Positions 1 to 8,957 of a stretch of 32,000 bases of DNA are shown here, in pieces; within the stretch, counting starts at the first letter, position 1; the number at the start of each line of letters is the position of its first letter. The translations under genes and the position numbers were made by a program. A model generated the notes under the pieces. It worked only from the letters and a program-made list of their open reading frames with translations, was not told the DNA's origin and did not search any database. Source of the stretch: Delftia acidovorans NBRC 14950 (GTDB lineage Bacteria > Pseudomonadota > Gammaproteobacteria > Burkholderiales > Burkholderiaceae_C); contig NZ_BCZP01000001.1 in NCBI RefSeq assembly GCF_001598795.1, forward strand, positions 570,001 to 602,000, given 5' to 3'.

Positions 1-101
1 TCATAAAGGCGGGTGTAGTTTTCCGGGGTGGGCGGCAGGCGGTTCAGCGCCAGTTGCCGCAGGGTTTCGCGTGCCAGTTCGGAAGCGGAGCGCTCGGCCA
101 T
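1..101 (-). CDS. 5-prime fragment of a gene running off the left edge (unknown product, possibly a signalling/GGDEF-type protein)
   Basis: A minus-strand ATG (cat at 99-101) opens a frame that reaches position 1 without a stop: MAERSASELARETLRQLALNRLPPTPENYTRLY. Only 33 codons are visible and there is no clear SD. The product guess comes from memory of similar N-termini and is unverifiable here. Confidence 0.3.
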   Translation of the reverse strand, partial: MAERSASELARETLRQLALNRLPPTPENYTRLY

Positions 102-159
102 GGGTGGGCAGTTGTTTCAGAATGCAATGCCCTCCAGTGTGGCATGGCCAGCGCCCGGT

Positions 160-1140
160 TCACTGCTCGTTGACCATCACCAGCTTGCCCTGCACCTGGC
201 GCGATCCCATGCGCGCATAGGCGGCGTGCAGCTCGGCCATGGGCATGGTGCGGTCGATCACGGGCTTGATCTTTCCCTGGCCGTACCACTGCGCCAGCTC
301 CTGCATCATGGCCGCATTGGCCTTGGGCTCGCGCCGGGAGAACTCGCCCCAGAAGACGCCCACCAGCGATGCGCCCTTGAGCAGCGGCAGGTTCAGCGGC
401 AGGGCAGGAATCGGGCCTGCGGCAAAGCCCACGATCAGATAACGGCCGCGCCAGGCGATGGAGCGGAAGGCCGGCTCGGCGAAGTCGCCGCCCACGGGGT
501 CGTAGACCACGTCGGGGCCCTTGCCGTCGGTGGCTTCCTTGATGGCGGCGCGCAGATCGCCCTGGCTGTAGTTGATGGTGGCGTCGGCGCCCTGTGCCTT
601 GCACAGCGCGCACTTTTCGTCGGTGGAGGCCGCTGCGATCACACGCGCGCCCGTCGCCTTGGCGATCTGGATGGCGGCAGTGCCCACGCCGCCTGCCGCA
701 CCCAGCACCAGCACGGTCTCGCCCGCGCGCAACTGGCCGCGGTCGATCAGCGCATGGTGCGAGGTGGCATAGGTCATGATGAAGGCCGCAGCATCGACGA
801 AGCTGAAACCGTCTGGCAGCGGCATGCAAAGCGCGGCCGGCGCCAGCGTATGGGTGCCGAAGCCACCCGTGCCCGACAGGCAGGCCACGCGCTGGCCCAC
901 GGCCAGGTGGCTCACGCCTTCACCCACGGCCTGGACCACGCCCGCGTATTCCGAGCCCGGCACGAACGGCAGCTCAGGCTTCATCTGGTACTTGTTCTGC
1001 ACGATCAGCAGATCGGGAAAGTTCAGGCTGGCCGCCTTCACTTCGAGCAGTACCTGCCCCGGGCCCGGCGTGGGCGTGGGCAGCTGCGTCCACTGCAGTT
1101 GATCGACGCCTGTGGGCGTGGTGCAAAGCCAAGCGTGCAT
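160..1140 (-). CDS. NADPH:quinone oxidoreductase / zinc-type alcohol dehydrogenase-like (MDR superfamily)
   Basis: 326-aa ORF with a GroES-like N-domain (PGPGQVLLEVKAASLNFPDLL) and a Rossmann dinucleotide motif (VLVLGAAGGVGTAAIQIAK). An AGGAGA SD lies about 8 nt upstream of the minus-strand ATG. It is divergent from surE. Confidence 0.85.
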   Translation of the reverse strand: MHAWLCTTPTGVDQLQWTQLPTPTPGPGQVLLEVKAASLNFPDLLIVQNKYQMKPELPFVPGSEYAGVVQAVGEGVSHLAVGQRVACLSGTGGFGTHTLAPAALCMPLPDGFSFVDAAAFIMTYATSHHALIDRGQLRAGETVLVLGAAGGVGTAAIQIAKATGARVIAAASTDEKCALCKAQGADATINYSQGDLRAAIKEATDGKGPDVVYDPVGGDFAEPAFRSIAWRGRYLIVGFAAGPIPALPLNLPLLKGASLVGVFWGEFSRREPKANAAMMQELAQWYGQGKIKPVIDRTMPMAELHAAYARMGSRQVQGKLVMVNEQ

Positions 1141-1257
1141 GGTGGTTGTCTCCTGTGATTGAATGCCTGGCCGATGATAGGAGTGTGGTGGGAATGCCTC
1201 CTGTCCCTCGGGCGACGAGACGCCCGCCTACAATCGCCCGCAATCCCTGCTGTATCC

Positions 1258-2061
1258 ATGAAGATTCTCATTTGTAACGACGACGGCTACCAGGCGCCCG
1301 GCATCCAGGCCCTGTACGAGGCGCTGCGCACGGTGGCAGACGTCGAGGTGGTGGCACCGGAGCACAACAACAGTGCCAAGTCCAACGCCCTGACGCTGAA
1401 CGCGCCGCTGTATGTGCACCAGGCCCACAACGGCTTTCGCTATGTCAATGGCACGCCTGCGGACTGCGTGCACATCGCCCTGACCGGCCTGCTGGGCTAC
1501 CGGCCCGACCTGGTGGTCTCCGGCATCAACAACGGCGCCAACATGGGCGACGACACCATCTATTCCGGCACCGTGGGCGCCGCCATGGAGGGTTTTCTGT
1601 TCGGCATTCCCTCCATTGCCTTCTCGCAGGTGGACAAGGGCTGGTCCGAGATCGAGGCCGCTGCCGCCGCCGCGCGCCAGCTGGTCATGGACATGCAATC
1701 GCAGGAACTGATCGGCCTGTCACCCTGGCTGCTCAACGTGAACATTCCCAACATGCCCTTGTCCGCGCTCAAGCCCCTCAAGCTGTGCCGGCTGGGCCGC
1801 CGCCATGCGGCCGAACGCGTCATCACCCAGGAGAGCCCGCGCGGCGAAATGATGTACTGGATAGGCAGCGCAGGCGCGGCCAAGGATGACTCGGAGGGCA
1901 CGGACTTCCACGCCACGGCGCACGGCCATGTGTCCGTCACGCCGCTGAAGGTCGACCTGACCGACCATGACAACCTGGGCTACTGGGCACAGACGGCGGC
2001 CAGGCTGGCGTCGGCCGGCCAGGGCGTACAGGCAGCCCAGGGCGGGGCGGTGCAACCGTGA
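1258..2061 (+). CDS. surE: 5'/3'-nucleotidase SurE
   Basis: Starts [16 protein letters not shown], the canonical SurE N-terminus, followed by [25 protein letters not shown]. The ATG at 1258 is chosen over the longer track ORF from 1159. The classical surE-pcm-nlpD order follows. Confidence 0.93.
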   Translation: MKILICNDDGYQAPGIQALYEALRTVADVEVVAPEHNNSAKSNALTLNAPLYVHQAHNGFRYVNGTPADCVHIALTGLLGYRPDLVVSGINNGANMGDDTIYSGTVGAAMEGFLFGIPSIAFSQVDKGWSEIEAAAAAARQLVMDMQSQELIGLSPWLLNVNIPNMPLSALKPLKLCRLGRRHAAERVITQESPRGEMMYWIGSAGAAKDDSEGTDFHATAHGHVSVTPLKVDLTDHDNLGYWAQTAARLASAGQGVQAAQGGAVQP

Positions 2062-2846
2062 GCGAGCGCCGTCCCGGAGTTCCCTCGTGGGTGGCACGCT
2101 CGGTGCAGACCCCTGCGCCGGCCTCGCGCGCGGCGCCTGCGCGCTCTGCGCTGGCGCCGGCCGGTGCCCGTACCCCGCAACAGCCTTCGGGCATCGGCCT
2201 GGACTCGGCCGCCGTCCGCGCCCGCATGGTGCAGCGGCTGGCTGCCACCGGCATACAGTCGCCGGCCGTGCTGGCCGCCATGGGATCGGTGGAGCGCCAC
2301 CGTTTTGTGGACAGCGCCCTGGTCAACCAGGCCTATGAAGACACCAGCCTGCCCATTGGCCTGGGCCAGACGATCTCCAAGCCCAGCGTGGTCGCCCGCA
2401 TGACCGAGCTGCTGCTGGGTTCGGAAGCCGCGAAGTCGGGCCTGGGCCGCGTGCTGGAAATCGGCACGGGCTGCGGCTACCAGGCGGCGGTGCTGGCCCG
2501 CGTGGCACGCGAGGTCTATTCGATCGAGCGCCTGCGCGGCCTGCACGAGAAAGCGCGCAGCAACCTGCGTCCCTGGCGGCTGACCAATGTCCATCTGATT
2601 TTTGGAGATGGCATGGAAGGCTATGGCAGCGGCGCGCCGTATGCGGGCATCATCTCGGCCGCTGGCGGCGAGAGCATGCCCTCGGCCTGGTGCGACCAGC
2701 TGGCCGTGGGCGGGCGGCTTGTCGCCCCCATGGTGGTTACGGGTGGTAAGCAGGCACTGCTGGTGATTGACAAGAGTTCACACGGGTTTACGCAGTCGAT
2801 TTTGGAGGCCGTGAACTTTGTCCCCCTAAAATCGGGCATCGCCTAG
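2058..2846 (+). CDS. pcm: protein-L-isoaspartate O-methyltransferase
   Basis: Contains [22 protein letters not shown] and the SAM motif [16 protein letters not shown]. The GTG start overlaps the surE stop (GTGA). An Ala/Pro/Ser-rich N-terminal extension of about 48 aa precedes the conserved core, so the exact start is uncertain. Confidence 0.88.
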   Translation: MSERRPGVPSWVARSVQTPAPASRAAPARSALAPAGARTPQQPSGIGLDSAAVRARMVQRLAATGIQSPAVLAAMGSVERHRFVDSALVNQAYEDTSLPIGLGQTISKPSVVARMTELLLGSEAAKSGLGRVLEIGTGCGYQAAVLARVAREVYSIERLRGLHEKARSNLRPWRLTNVHLIFGDGMEGYGSGAPYAGIISAAGGESMPSAWCDQLAVGGRLVAPMVVTGGKQALLVIDKSSHGFTQSILEAVNFVPLKSGIA

Positions 2847-2859
2847 AAGGGAATAACTT

Positions 2860-3738
2860 ATGTTGGTATCGCGAAGTCTTGGGGCTTGGGGAACGGTGGT
2901 GCTGGCCGGCATGGTTCTGGCAGGCTGCACATCCCAAGTGAACAGGGCTCCCGTGGAGGACCGTGGAACGACCACCACCTCCTCCACCTCTTCCTCGCCA
3001 TCGGCAGCCGTCAAGCCGCTGCCCGGCGTCGAAAACGCCGGCAAGCCCGGCTACTACACGATCAAGCCCGGTGACACGCTGATCCGCATCGGCCTGGAAA
3101 CCGGCCAGAGCTGGAAGGACATCGCGCGCTGGAACAATCTTGAGAACCCCAACCTGATCGAAGTCGGTCAGGTGGTGCGCGTCGTGCCGCCGACCAGCTC
3201 GGACAGCGTCGGCACGCGCCCCTCGTCCACTGCCTCCTCCACGCCCAGCGGCTCGCCCGTGGTGGCAACGCCGCTGCCGCCCGTGGCATCGTCGGGCGGC
3301 ACCACGGCAACGCCTGCACCCGCACCGACCCCGGCACCCGCCCCTGCACCCGCAGCCGGCAAGGGCGCCGACGATGTGGACTTCATCTGGCCTGCATCGG
3401 GCAGCCTGATCGCCGGTTTTGACGAGGCGCGCAACAAGGGTTACGACATCGCAGGCAAGGCCGGCGATCCCGTGATGGCCGCTGCCGATGGCCGCGTGGT
3501 CTATGCCGGCGCCGGCCTGCGTGGCTACGGCAACCTGATCATCCTCAAGCACAACAACACCTACCTCACGGCCTACGCGCACAACCAGACGCTGCTGGTC
3601 AAGGAAGACCAGACCGTGCGCAAGGGCCAGAAGATCGCCGAGATGGGCAGCACCGACGCGGACCGCGTGAAGCTGCACTTCGAGGTGCGTCGCCAGGGCA
3701 AGCCTGTCGATCCTTCGCGCTACCTGCCTTCGCGCTGA
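2860..3738 (+). CDS. nlpD: LysM + M23/LytM-domain murein hydrolase activator lipoprotein NlpD
   Basis: Lipobox LAGC in MLVSRSLGAWGTVVLAGMVLAGCTS. LysM motif YYTIKPGDTLIRIGLETGQSWKDIARWNNL. Pro/Ala/Thr linker. C-terminal LytM domain (FIWPASG...GYGNLIILKHNNTYLTAYAHN...VKLHFEVRRQGKPVDP). GAAGGGA SD 7 nt upstream. Confidence 0.9.
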   Translation: MLVSRSLGAWGTVVLAGMVLAGCTSQVNRAPVEDRGTTTTSSTSSSPSAAVKPLPGVENAGKPGYYTIKPGDTLIRIGLETGQSWKDIARWNNLENPNLIEVGQVVRVVPPTSSDSVGTRPSSTASSTPSGSPVVATPLPPVASSGGTTATPAPAPTPAPAPAPAAGKGADDVDFIWPASGSLIAGFDEARNKGYDIAGKAGDPVMAAADGRVVYAGAGLRGYGNLIILKHNNTYLTAYAHNQTLLVKEDQTVRKGQKIAEMGSTDADRVKLHFEVRRQGKPVDPSRYLPSR

Positions 3739-4808
3739 TGAGCCGCAGCACCAGGCAAACCGGACAAGCCCCTGCCCCGCAGGGGCTTGTTTCTTCTGCG
3801 CCCGGCGAATCGCCGTGGGAGCCGGTCGAGGACGAGGCCGAAGGCGGCGAGGTCGAGGCCGCCGCAGCCGAGCTGCGCGAGATCACCGTGCCGCCGGCCC
3901 AGCACGGCCTGCGCGCCGACAAGGTGCTGGCCGAATGCGTGGCCGAGTTCTCCCGCAGCTATCTGCAGCAACTGCTGGCGCAGGGCGCGGTCACGCTCAA
4001 TGGGCGTGTGCTGGTCAAGCCGGCCACCAAGGTGGCCGCCGGCGACCGGATGGTGCTGGAGATGCGGCCCACGCAGCAGAGCATGGCCTTCCAGCCCGAA
4101 GACATGGCGCTGGACGTGGTGTATGAGGACGAGCACCTGCTGGTCGTCAACAAGCCGGCTGGCCTGGTCGTGCACCCGGCTCCGGGCAATTGGACGGGAA
4201 CCCTGCTCAACGGCCTGCTGGGGCGCGACCCCAAGGCGCGGGAGGTGCCGCGCGCCGGCATCGTCCACCGCCTGGACAAGGACACCAGCGGACTCATGGT
4301 GGTGGCGCGCAGCCGCGCCGCCATGGACGCGCTGGTGGCCATGATCGCCGCGCGCGATGTCAGCCGCCAGTACCTGGCGCTGGCCCACAAGGCCTGGGGC
4401 CCGCGCAAGCGCCGCGAGGTCGATGCGCCCATCGGCCGCGACCCGCGCAACCGCCTGCGCATGGCCGTGGTCGACCTGGCACAGCATGCGGGCAAGACCG
4501 CGCGCACCGACATCGACCTGCTGGCCGGCAACGAGGAAGTCAGCCTGGTGCGCTGCACGCTGCACACGGGCCGCACCCACCAGATCCGCGTGCACATGGC
4601 ATCGCTGGGCCACCCGCTGGTGGCCGATGCCGTCTACGGCGGCAAGGAGGCTGGCGGCATGGCGCGCCAGGCGCTGCACGCCTTCCGGCTGGCCTTCACC
4701 CATCCCATGACAGGCCAGGCCCTGGTGCTGCGCGCCCCGCTGCCGCCCGATATGGCACAGGCGCTGGAAAATTGGGGGCTGAGCTACAATCCCGCCGAAA
4801 GCCTCTGA
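3738..4808 (+). CDS. rluD: 23S rRNA pseudouridine synthase, RluD/RluA family
   Basis: S4-like N-domain (GLRADKVLAECVAEFSRSYLQQLL). Catalytic motif GIVHRLDKDTSGLMVVA, plus HTGRTHQIRVHMASLGHPLVADAVYGG. The longest ORF starts at ATG 3738 (TGATG overlap with nlpD). The true start may be downstream, for example the in-frame GTG at 3888, because of the terminator hairpin at 3764-3798. Confidence 0.85.
   Translation: MSRSTRQTGQAPAPQGLVSSAPGESPWEPVEDEAEGGEVEAAAAELREITVPPAQHGLRADKVLAECVAEFSRSYLQQLLAQGAVTLNGRVLVKPATKVAAGDRMVLEMRPTQQSMAFQPEDMALDVVYEDEHLLVVNKPAGLVVHPAPGNWTGTLLNGLLGRDPKAREVPRAGIVHRLDKDTSGLMVVARSRAAMDALVAMIAARDVSRQYLALAHKAWGPRKRREVDAPIGRDPRNRLRMAVVDLAQHAGKTARTDIDLLAGNEEVSLVRCTLHTGRTHQIRVHMASLGHPLVADAVYGGKEAGGMARQALHAFRLAFTHPMTGQALVLRAPLPPDMAQALENWGLSYNPAESL
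3764..3798 (+). terminator. intrinsic-terminator-like hairpin 26 nt downstream of the nlpD stop
   Basis: ACAAGCCCCTGC (3764-3775) pairs perfectly with GCAGGGGCTTGT (3779-3790) around a 3-nt loop, followed by TTCTTCT. It lies inside the 5-prime part of the longest rluD ORF. Confidence 0.55.
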
Positions 4809-4918
4809 CCATCTCTCGCATGGCATCCGTGGAGCGCTTGCTTCCTCTTCTTTGATTCGGCGCACCCTGGCTGCCACCTCTGGTGGCACGCGCGCCTTTG
4901 TTCCCGAGACGCTGAGCC

Positions 4919-5737
4919 ATGAATACGGTAGATGCCAAGCGGGTCCTGGAAACTGCATTGATCTGTGCGCCGCAGCCTGTCACGCTGCGTGAGCTGCGCT
5001 CGCTGTTCGATGACGTGCTGGGCTCCGACACGCTGAAGGACCTGCTGCTGGACCTGCAGAAAGACTGGGCGCAAAAGGGTGTGGAGCTGGTGCAGGTGGC
5101 GTCTGGATGGCGCTTCCAGAGCCGGCCCGAGATGCGGGTCTATCTGGACCGGCTGCATCCCGAAAAGCCGCCACGCTACACCCGCGCGACCCTGGAGACG
5201 CTGGCGATCATCGCCTACCGCCAGCCAGTGACGCGTGGCGACATCGAGGACATACGCGGCGTGACGGTCAACAGCCTGCTGATCAAGCAACTGGAAGACC
5301 GGGGCTGGATCGAGGTCATTGGCCATCGGGAAACCGTGGGCCGGCCCTCTTTGTTTGCCACCACGCGCCAGTTTCTGGACGACCTGGGCCTGCAGTCGCT
5401 GGACCAGTTGCCCATGCTCGAGGAGCCCGAATCCCAGCAAAGCCTGTTCAAGGCGCTGGAAGAGTCGGGTGCGCAGGAATTGGCAGCGGACGAGGCCGCG
5501 CCAGCCGGTGACGCTTCCTTGTCCGAAGAGCCCCCGGGCGAGGCAGATGCCACGGGATCGGACGGGGCAGATGCCGCAATGGCAGCAGATACGGCTCAAG
5601 CAGATACAGCAGACCTGTCGGATGCAGCGGATGCGGCAGACGCAGCGGATGCGGCAGAGACAACAGACGCAGCGGATACAGCGGATACAACGGATACGGA
5701 CGGCGCTGCAAAGCAGGCCGAAGAAGGAAAGCCATGA
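4919..5737 (+). CDS. scpB: SMC-Scp complex (condensin) subunit ScpB with acidic repetitive C-tail
   Basis: Contains [36 protein letters not shown] and [29 protein letters not shown]...[18 protein letters not shown], typical of the ScpB winged-helix pair. The Asp/Ala/Thr-rich tail is encoded by tandem repeats. Confidence 0.88.
   Translation: MNTVDAKRVLETALICAPQPVTLRELRSLFDDVLGSDTLKDLLLDLQKDWAQKGVELVQVASGWRFQSRPEMRVYLDRLHPEKPPRYTRATLETLAIIAYRQPVTRGDIEDIRGVTVNSLLIKQLEDRGWIEVIGHRETVGRPSLFATTRQFLDDLGLQSLDQLPMLEEPESQQSLFKALEESGAQELAADEAAPAGDASLSEEPPGEADATGSDGADAAMAADTAQADTADLSDAADAADAADAAETTDAADTADTTDTDGAAKQAEEGKP
5621..5703 (+). repeat. in-frame 9/18-bp tandem repeat encoding the D-A-A/D-T-A tail of ScpB
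   Basis: GCAGCGGATGCGGCAGA occurs at 5624-5640 and again at 5642-5658 (period 18). Then come ACAGCGGAT, ACAACGGAT and ACGGACGGC (period 9). A looser GAT/GCA-rich tract begins around 5545. Confidence 0.75.
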
Positions 5738-7137
5738 CGGGTAGTGATATCTCCAAAGACCAGGACGCCCAGCCGGCGTCCGATGAGGCCGGCGCGCAGC
5801 GCAAGGCCCGCCCCGCGCGCTCGCGCGCTCCCAAGGCCGGGGCGCGGCCCGGCGCCAAGCCTGTGCGCAAGCCGCGTCCGGCCGCCGAGGCGGTGCATGC
5901 CGAAGACACCGTGCAAGAGCTGGTGACGGCTGGTGCATCAGAGTCAAGTGACTCAGGGTCTGTCGAAGGCTACGGTTTTGCGGACGTCATCTCGGGCGAG
6001 CTCGACGCTGCCGAAGAGCGCGACGATGCCGCGCCTGCCAAGCGCGTGCTGCTGCCCCAGGTCGATTCGCCCAAGCTGCACAAGGTGCTGGCCCAGGCCG
6101 GGCTGGGATCGCGCCTCGAAATGGAGCAGCTCATTCTTGAAGGCCGCATCTCGGTCAACAACGAGCCTGCCCACGTGGGCCAGCGCATCCAGTTCGGCGA
6201 CCAGATCAAGGTCAATGGCCAGCCCATCCGTTTTCGCATCGACCCGCCGCCGGCGCGTGTCATCGCCTATCACAAGCCCGTGGGCGAGGTCGTCACGCAT
6301 GACGATCCGCAAAACCGTCCCACGGTGTTCCGCAAGCTGCCTCGCCTGCAGCATGGCAAATGGCAATCGGTGGGCCGCCTGGACCTGAACACCGAAGGCC
6401 TGCTGCTGTTCACCAGCTCGGGCGAGCTGGCCAACTCCCTGATGCACCCGCGCTTCGGCCTGGAGCGCGAATACGCAGCCCGTGTGCTGGGCGCGCTCAG
6501 CAAGGAAGAAAAGCAGCGCCTGACCGACGGCGTGCAGCTGGAAGACGGCGTGGCCGCCTTCGGCTCCATTGAGGACGGCGGTGGTGAAGGCGCCAACTGC
6601 TGGTACCGCGTGACCATTTCCGAAGGCCGCAACCGCGAAGTGCGCCGCATGTTCGAGGCGGTGGGCCATGCCGTGAGCCGGCTGATCCGCATCCGCTACG
6701 GCGCCATGGTGCTGCCGCGCGGCCTCAAGCGCGGCGCCTGGGTGGAGCTGGACCAGGCCGACATCCAGTCCCTGGCTTCGGCAGCCGGCATGCAGGCGCG
6801 TGCGCCCGCTGTACCCAAGCCACTGGCCGGGGGCCGCCGTGGTGGCCCGGCCGACCGCAATACCGTTCGCCGCGAAGGCGGCGGCCGCTACTTCGACGGC
6901 AATCGCCCGGCGCCCAACGCCATGCTCGACGGCCCGCGTGCCAAGCCTGCAGCCAAGGGCGGCAAGGCTGACGGAGGCCAGGGACAGGGCAAGGGGCAGG
7001 GCGGTGCAGGCGGGCGGGGCAAGGGCGGCGGCAGCCAGCAGCCCGATCCGATGCGTACATCGGTGGGCTACATCGGCTCCGACAGCCTGTCGCGTGCACG
7101 CCAGAACGCCAAGCGCAAGCCGGGAGGACGCCGCTGA
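5734..7137 (+). CDS. rluB: 23S rRNA pseudouridine(2605) synthase RluB with long disordered N- and C-terminal extensions
   Basis: S4 domain [29 protein letters not shown]. Catalytic region [26 protein letters not shown]...EREY. Also contains [27 protein letters not shown]. The start overlaps the scpB stop (ATGA). Confidence 0.88.
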   Translation: MTGSDISKDQDAQPASDEAGAQRKARPARSRAPKAGARPGAKPVRKPRPAAEAVHAEDTVQELVTAGASESSDSGSVEGYGFADVISGELDAAEERDDAAPAKRVLLPQVDSPKLHKVLAQAGLGSRLEMEQLILEGRISVNNEPAHVGQRIQFGDQIKVNGQPIRFRIDPPPARVIAYHKPVGEVVTHDDPQNRPTVFRKLPRLQHGKWQSVGRLDLNTEGLLLFTSSGELANSLMHPRFGLEREYAARVLGALSKEEKQRLTDGVQLEDGVAAFGSIEDGGGEGANCWYRVTISEGRNREVRRMFEAVGHAVSRLIRIRYGAMVLPRGLKRGAWVELDQADIQSLASAAGMQARAPAVPKPLAGGRRGGPADRNTVRREGGGRYFDGNRPAPNAMLDGPRAKPAAKGGKADGGQGQGKGQGGAGGRGKGGGSQQPDPMRTSVGYIGSDSLSRARQNAKRKPGGRR

Positions 7138-7167
7138 AAGGCGGCCGGGCCGTCCGCCTTCTGGTTC
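7138..7167 (+). terminator. weak hairpin directly after the rluB stop
   Basis: AAGGCGG (7138-7144) pairs with CCGCCTT (7154-7160) around a 9-nt loop, followed by CTGGTTC, which is only a poor T-tract. Confidence 0.3.
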
Positions 7168-7306
7168 ATCCGGCGGCGATCGGCCCGCCCTGTAAGCCTG
7201 CCATTTGGCAGCACCATGTCATCAAGGACTTTGATGGCACAGCTAGAATCAACGGTTTTGTCCAATTGACAAAAATCCATAGTAACCCTGATTAGGAACC
7301 ATTCAA

Positions 7307-7732
7307 ATGGCCATCGAACGCACTCTTTCCATCATCAAGCCCGACGCCGTTGCCAAGAACGTGATCGGCCAGATCTACGCACGCTTCGAAGGCGCTGGCC
7401 TGAAGGTCATCGCTGCCAAGATGGTGCACCTGTCGCGCGGCGAAGCCGAGCAGTTCTACGGCGTCCACAAGGAGCGTCCTTTCTTCAAGGACCTGGTGGA
7501 CTTCATGGTCTCCGGCCCCGTGATGATCCAGGCTCTGGAAGGCGAGAACGCCATCCTGAAGAACCGCGAACTGATGGGCGCCACCGACCCCAAGAAGGCT
7601 GAGAAGGGCACGATCCGCGCCGACTTCGCCGACAGCATCGACGCCAACGCCGTGCACGGCTCTGACGCCGCTGAAACTGCAGCCGTGGAAGTGGCTTTCT
7701 TCTTCCCCGGCATGAACGTCTACTCGCGCTAA
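7307..7732 (+). CDS. ndk: nucleoside-diphosphate kinase
   Basis: [15 protein letters not shown]...[18 protein letters not shown]...GTIRADFA...NAVHGSD over the full 141 aa. AGGAAC SD-like sequence 8 nt upstream. Confidence 0.97.
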   Translation: MAIERTLSIIKPDAVAKNVIGQIYARFEGAGLKVIAAKMVHLSRGEAEQFYGVHKERPFFKDLVDFMVSGPVMIQALEGENAILKNRELMGATDPKKAEKGTIRADFADSIDANAVHGSDAAETAAVEVAFFFPGMNVYSR

Positions 7733-7824
7733 TCCCCGCGTCTTCCGCGGCCGTCATGGTCTGTCCGGTGCAGGCCGTGCCTGCCGCGGAAGAGCCGAGA
7801 GCGGCGTGGCACCGGCCTGCCGAC

Positions 7825-8949
7825 ATGAATACCAATTTGCTAGATTTTGATCTCGACGGACTTGCCGCTTACTGCGAGCAACTCGGCGAGAAGCGTTTCC
7901 GCGCGACGCAGCTGTTCCGCTGGATCCACCAGCGAGGCGCCAGCGACTTCGACCAGATGAGCGATCTGGCCAAGTCCCTGCGCGAAAAGCTCAAGGCGTG
8001 TGCCCATATCACGGCCCTGCCGGTTCTGACCGAGCATGTGTCTGCCGATGGAACAGTCAAGTGGCTGTTCGACGTGGGAGGCGGCGATGCCGTCGAAGCC
8101 GTTTTCATTCCCGAAGATGACCGGGGCACGCTGTGCGTGTCGTCCCAGGCGGGCTGCGCCGTGGGCTGCCGCTTCTGCTCCACGGGTCACCAGGGCTTCA
8201 GCCGAAACCTCAGCACGGGCGAGATCCTGGCCCAGCTGTGGTATGCCGAGCATGCGCTGCGCAAGCGCCTGGGCACGGGCGGCGAGCGCGTCATCTCCAA
8301 CGTGGTGATGATGGGCATGGGCGAGCCGCTGCAGAACTACACGGCCCTGGTGCCGGCGCTGCGCGCCATGCTCGATGACCATGGCTATGGTCTCTCGCGC
8401 CGCCGCGTGACCGTGTCCACCTCGGGCGTGGTGCCGATGATCGACCGGCTGTCCCAGGACTGCGCCGTGGCCATGGCTGTGTCGCTGCATGCGCCCAATG
8501 ACGAGCTGCGCGACCCGCTGGTGCCGTTGAACCGCAAGTACCCCATCCACGAGCTGCTCGATGCCTGCGAGCGCTACCTGGAATTCGCGCCCCGTGACTT
8601 CATCACGTTCGAATACTGCATGCTCGATGGCGTCAATGACCAGCCTGAGCATGCGCGCCAACTGATAGAGTTGGTCCGCGCGCGTGGCGATGGCCGCAGC
8701 TGGTGCAAGTTCAACCTGATTCCGTTCAATCCGTTCCCGGCCTCGGGGCTGCTGCGTTCACCCGCAGCGCGGGTGACGGAGTTCGCCAGCCTGCTGAGCA
8801 ATGCCGGCATCGTGACCACGGTGCGCAAGACACGTGGCGACGACATCGACGCAGCCTGCGGACAGCTGGCTGGCGATGTCAAGGACCGCACGCGCGCTGC
8901 CGAGCGCATGGCCAGGCAGCGCACCATTGTTCTCAAGCAGGTGCCTTGA
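7825..8949 (+). CDS. rlmN: 23S rRNA (adenine2503-C2)/tRNA methyltransferase RlmN (radical SAM)
   Basis: N-terminus [35 protein letters not shown]. Radical-SAM cluster [18 protein letters not shown]. Also [11 protein letters not shown] and a C-terminal DIDAACGQL. The ATG at 7825 is preferred over the track start at 7756. Confidence 0.93.
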   Translation: MNTNLLDFDLDGLAAYCEQLGEKRFRATQLFRWIHQRGASDFDQMSDLAKSLREKLKACAHITALPVLTEHVSADGTVKWLFDVGGGDAVEAVFIPEDDRGTLCVSSQAGCAVGCRFCSTGHQGFSRNLSTGEILAQLWYAEHALRKRLGTGGERVISNVVMMGMGEPLQNYTALVPALRAMLDDHGYGLSRRRVTVSTSGVVPMIDRLSQDCAVAMAVSLHAPNDELRDPLVPLNRKYPIHELLDACERYLEFAPRDFITFEYCMLDGVNDQPEHARQLIELVRARGDGRSWCKFNLIPFNPFPASGLLRSPAARVTEFASLLSNAGIVTTVRKTRGDDIDAACGQLAGDVKDRTRAAERMARQRTIVLKQVP

Positions 8950-8957
8950 GAAGACCT

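Noticed and set aside
2860-4808. Absence of rpoS after surE-pcm-nlpD as a possible deletion or novelty
   Set aside because: rpoS follows nlpD in gammaproteobacteria, but its absence at this position is normal for many betaproteobacteria. There are no scars, pseudogene remnants or mobile elements at the junction.
4884-4901. TGGCAC motif and TGCCACC-tct-GGTGGCA hairpin in the rluD-scpB spacer as a sigma-54 promoter
   Set aside because: There is no GC at the required +12 position, because the TTTG is displaced by 2 nt. It is probably just a small hairpin.
5545-5703. Repeat tract considered as a possible CRISPR-like or non-coding array
   Set aside because: The period is 9/18 bp with no spacers, and it lies in frame within scpB, encoding a D/A/T tail. 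It is a coding minisatellite, not an array.
7244-7271. TAGAAT (7244-7249) and TTGACA (7266-7271) as the ndk promoter
   Set aside because: The -10-like hexamer lies upstream of the -35-like hexamer, so they cannot form one promoter. Neither has a convincing partner at 16-18 bp. It is kept only as a note in the ndk-upstream finding.
7807-7821. Sigma-54-like TGGCAC-N5-TGC upstream of rlmN
   Set aside because: The GG-to-GC spacing is one nucleotide short of the strict -24/-12 geometry. The element ends only 4 nt before the rlmN ATG, so transcription would start inside the gene.
7756-7824. Longer N-termini offered by the track for rlmN (7756), pilW (8834), yfgM-like (13448), surE (1159), hisZ (21009), CinA-like (28213), glnA (29388) and the secreted protein (30870)
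   Set aside because: In each case the extra residues overlap the preceding gene or a hairpin and are non-conserved in character. An internal start with an SD and/or the canonical family N-terminus is available.
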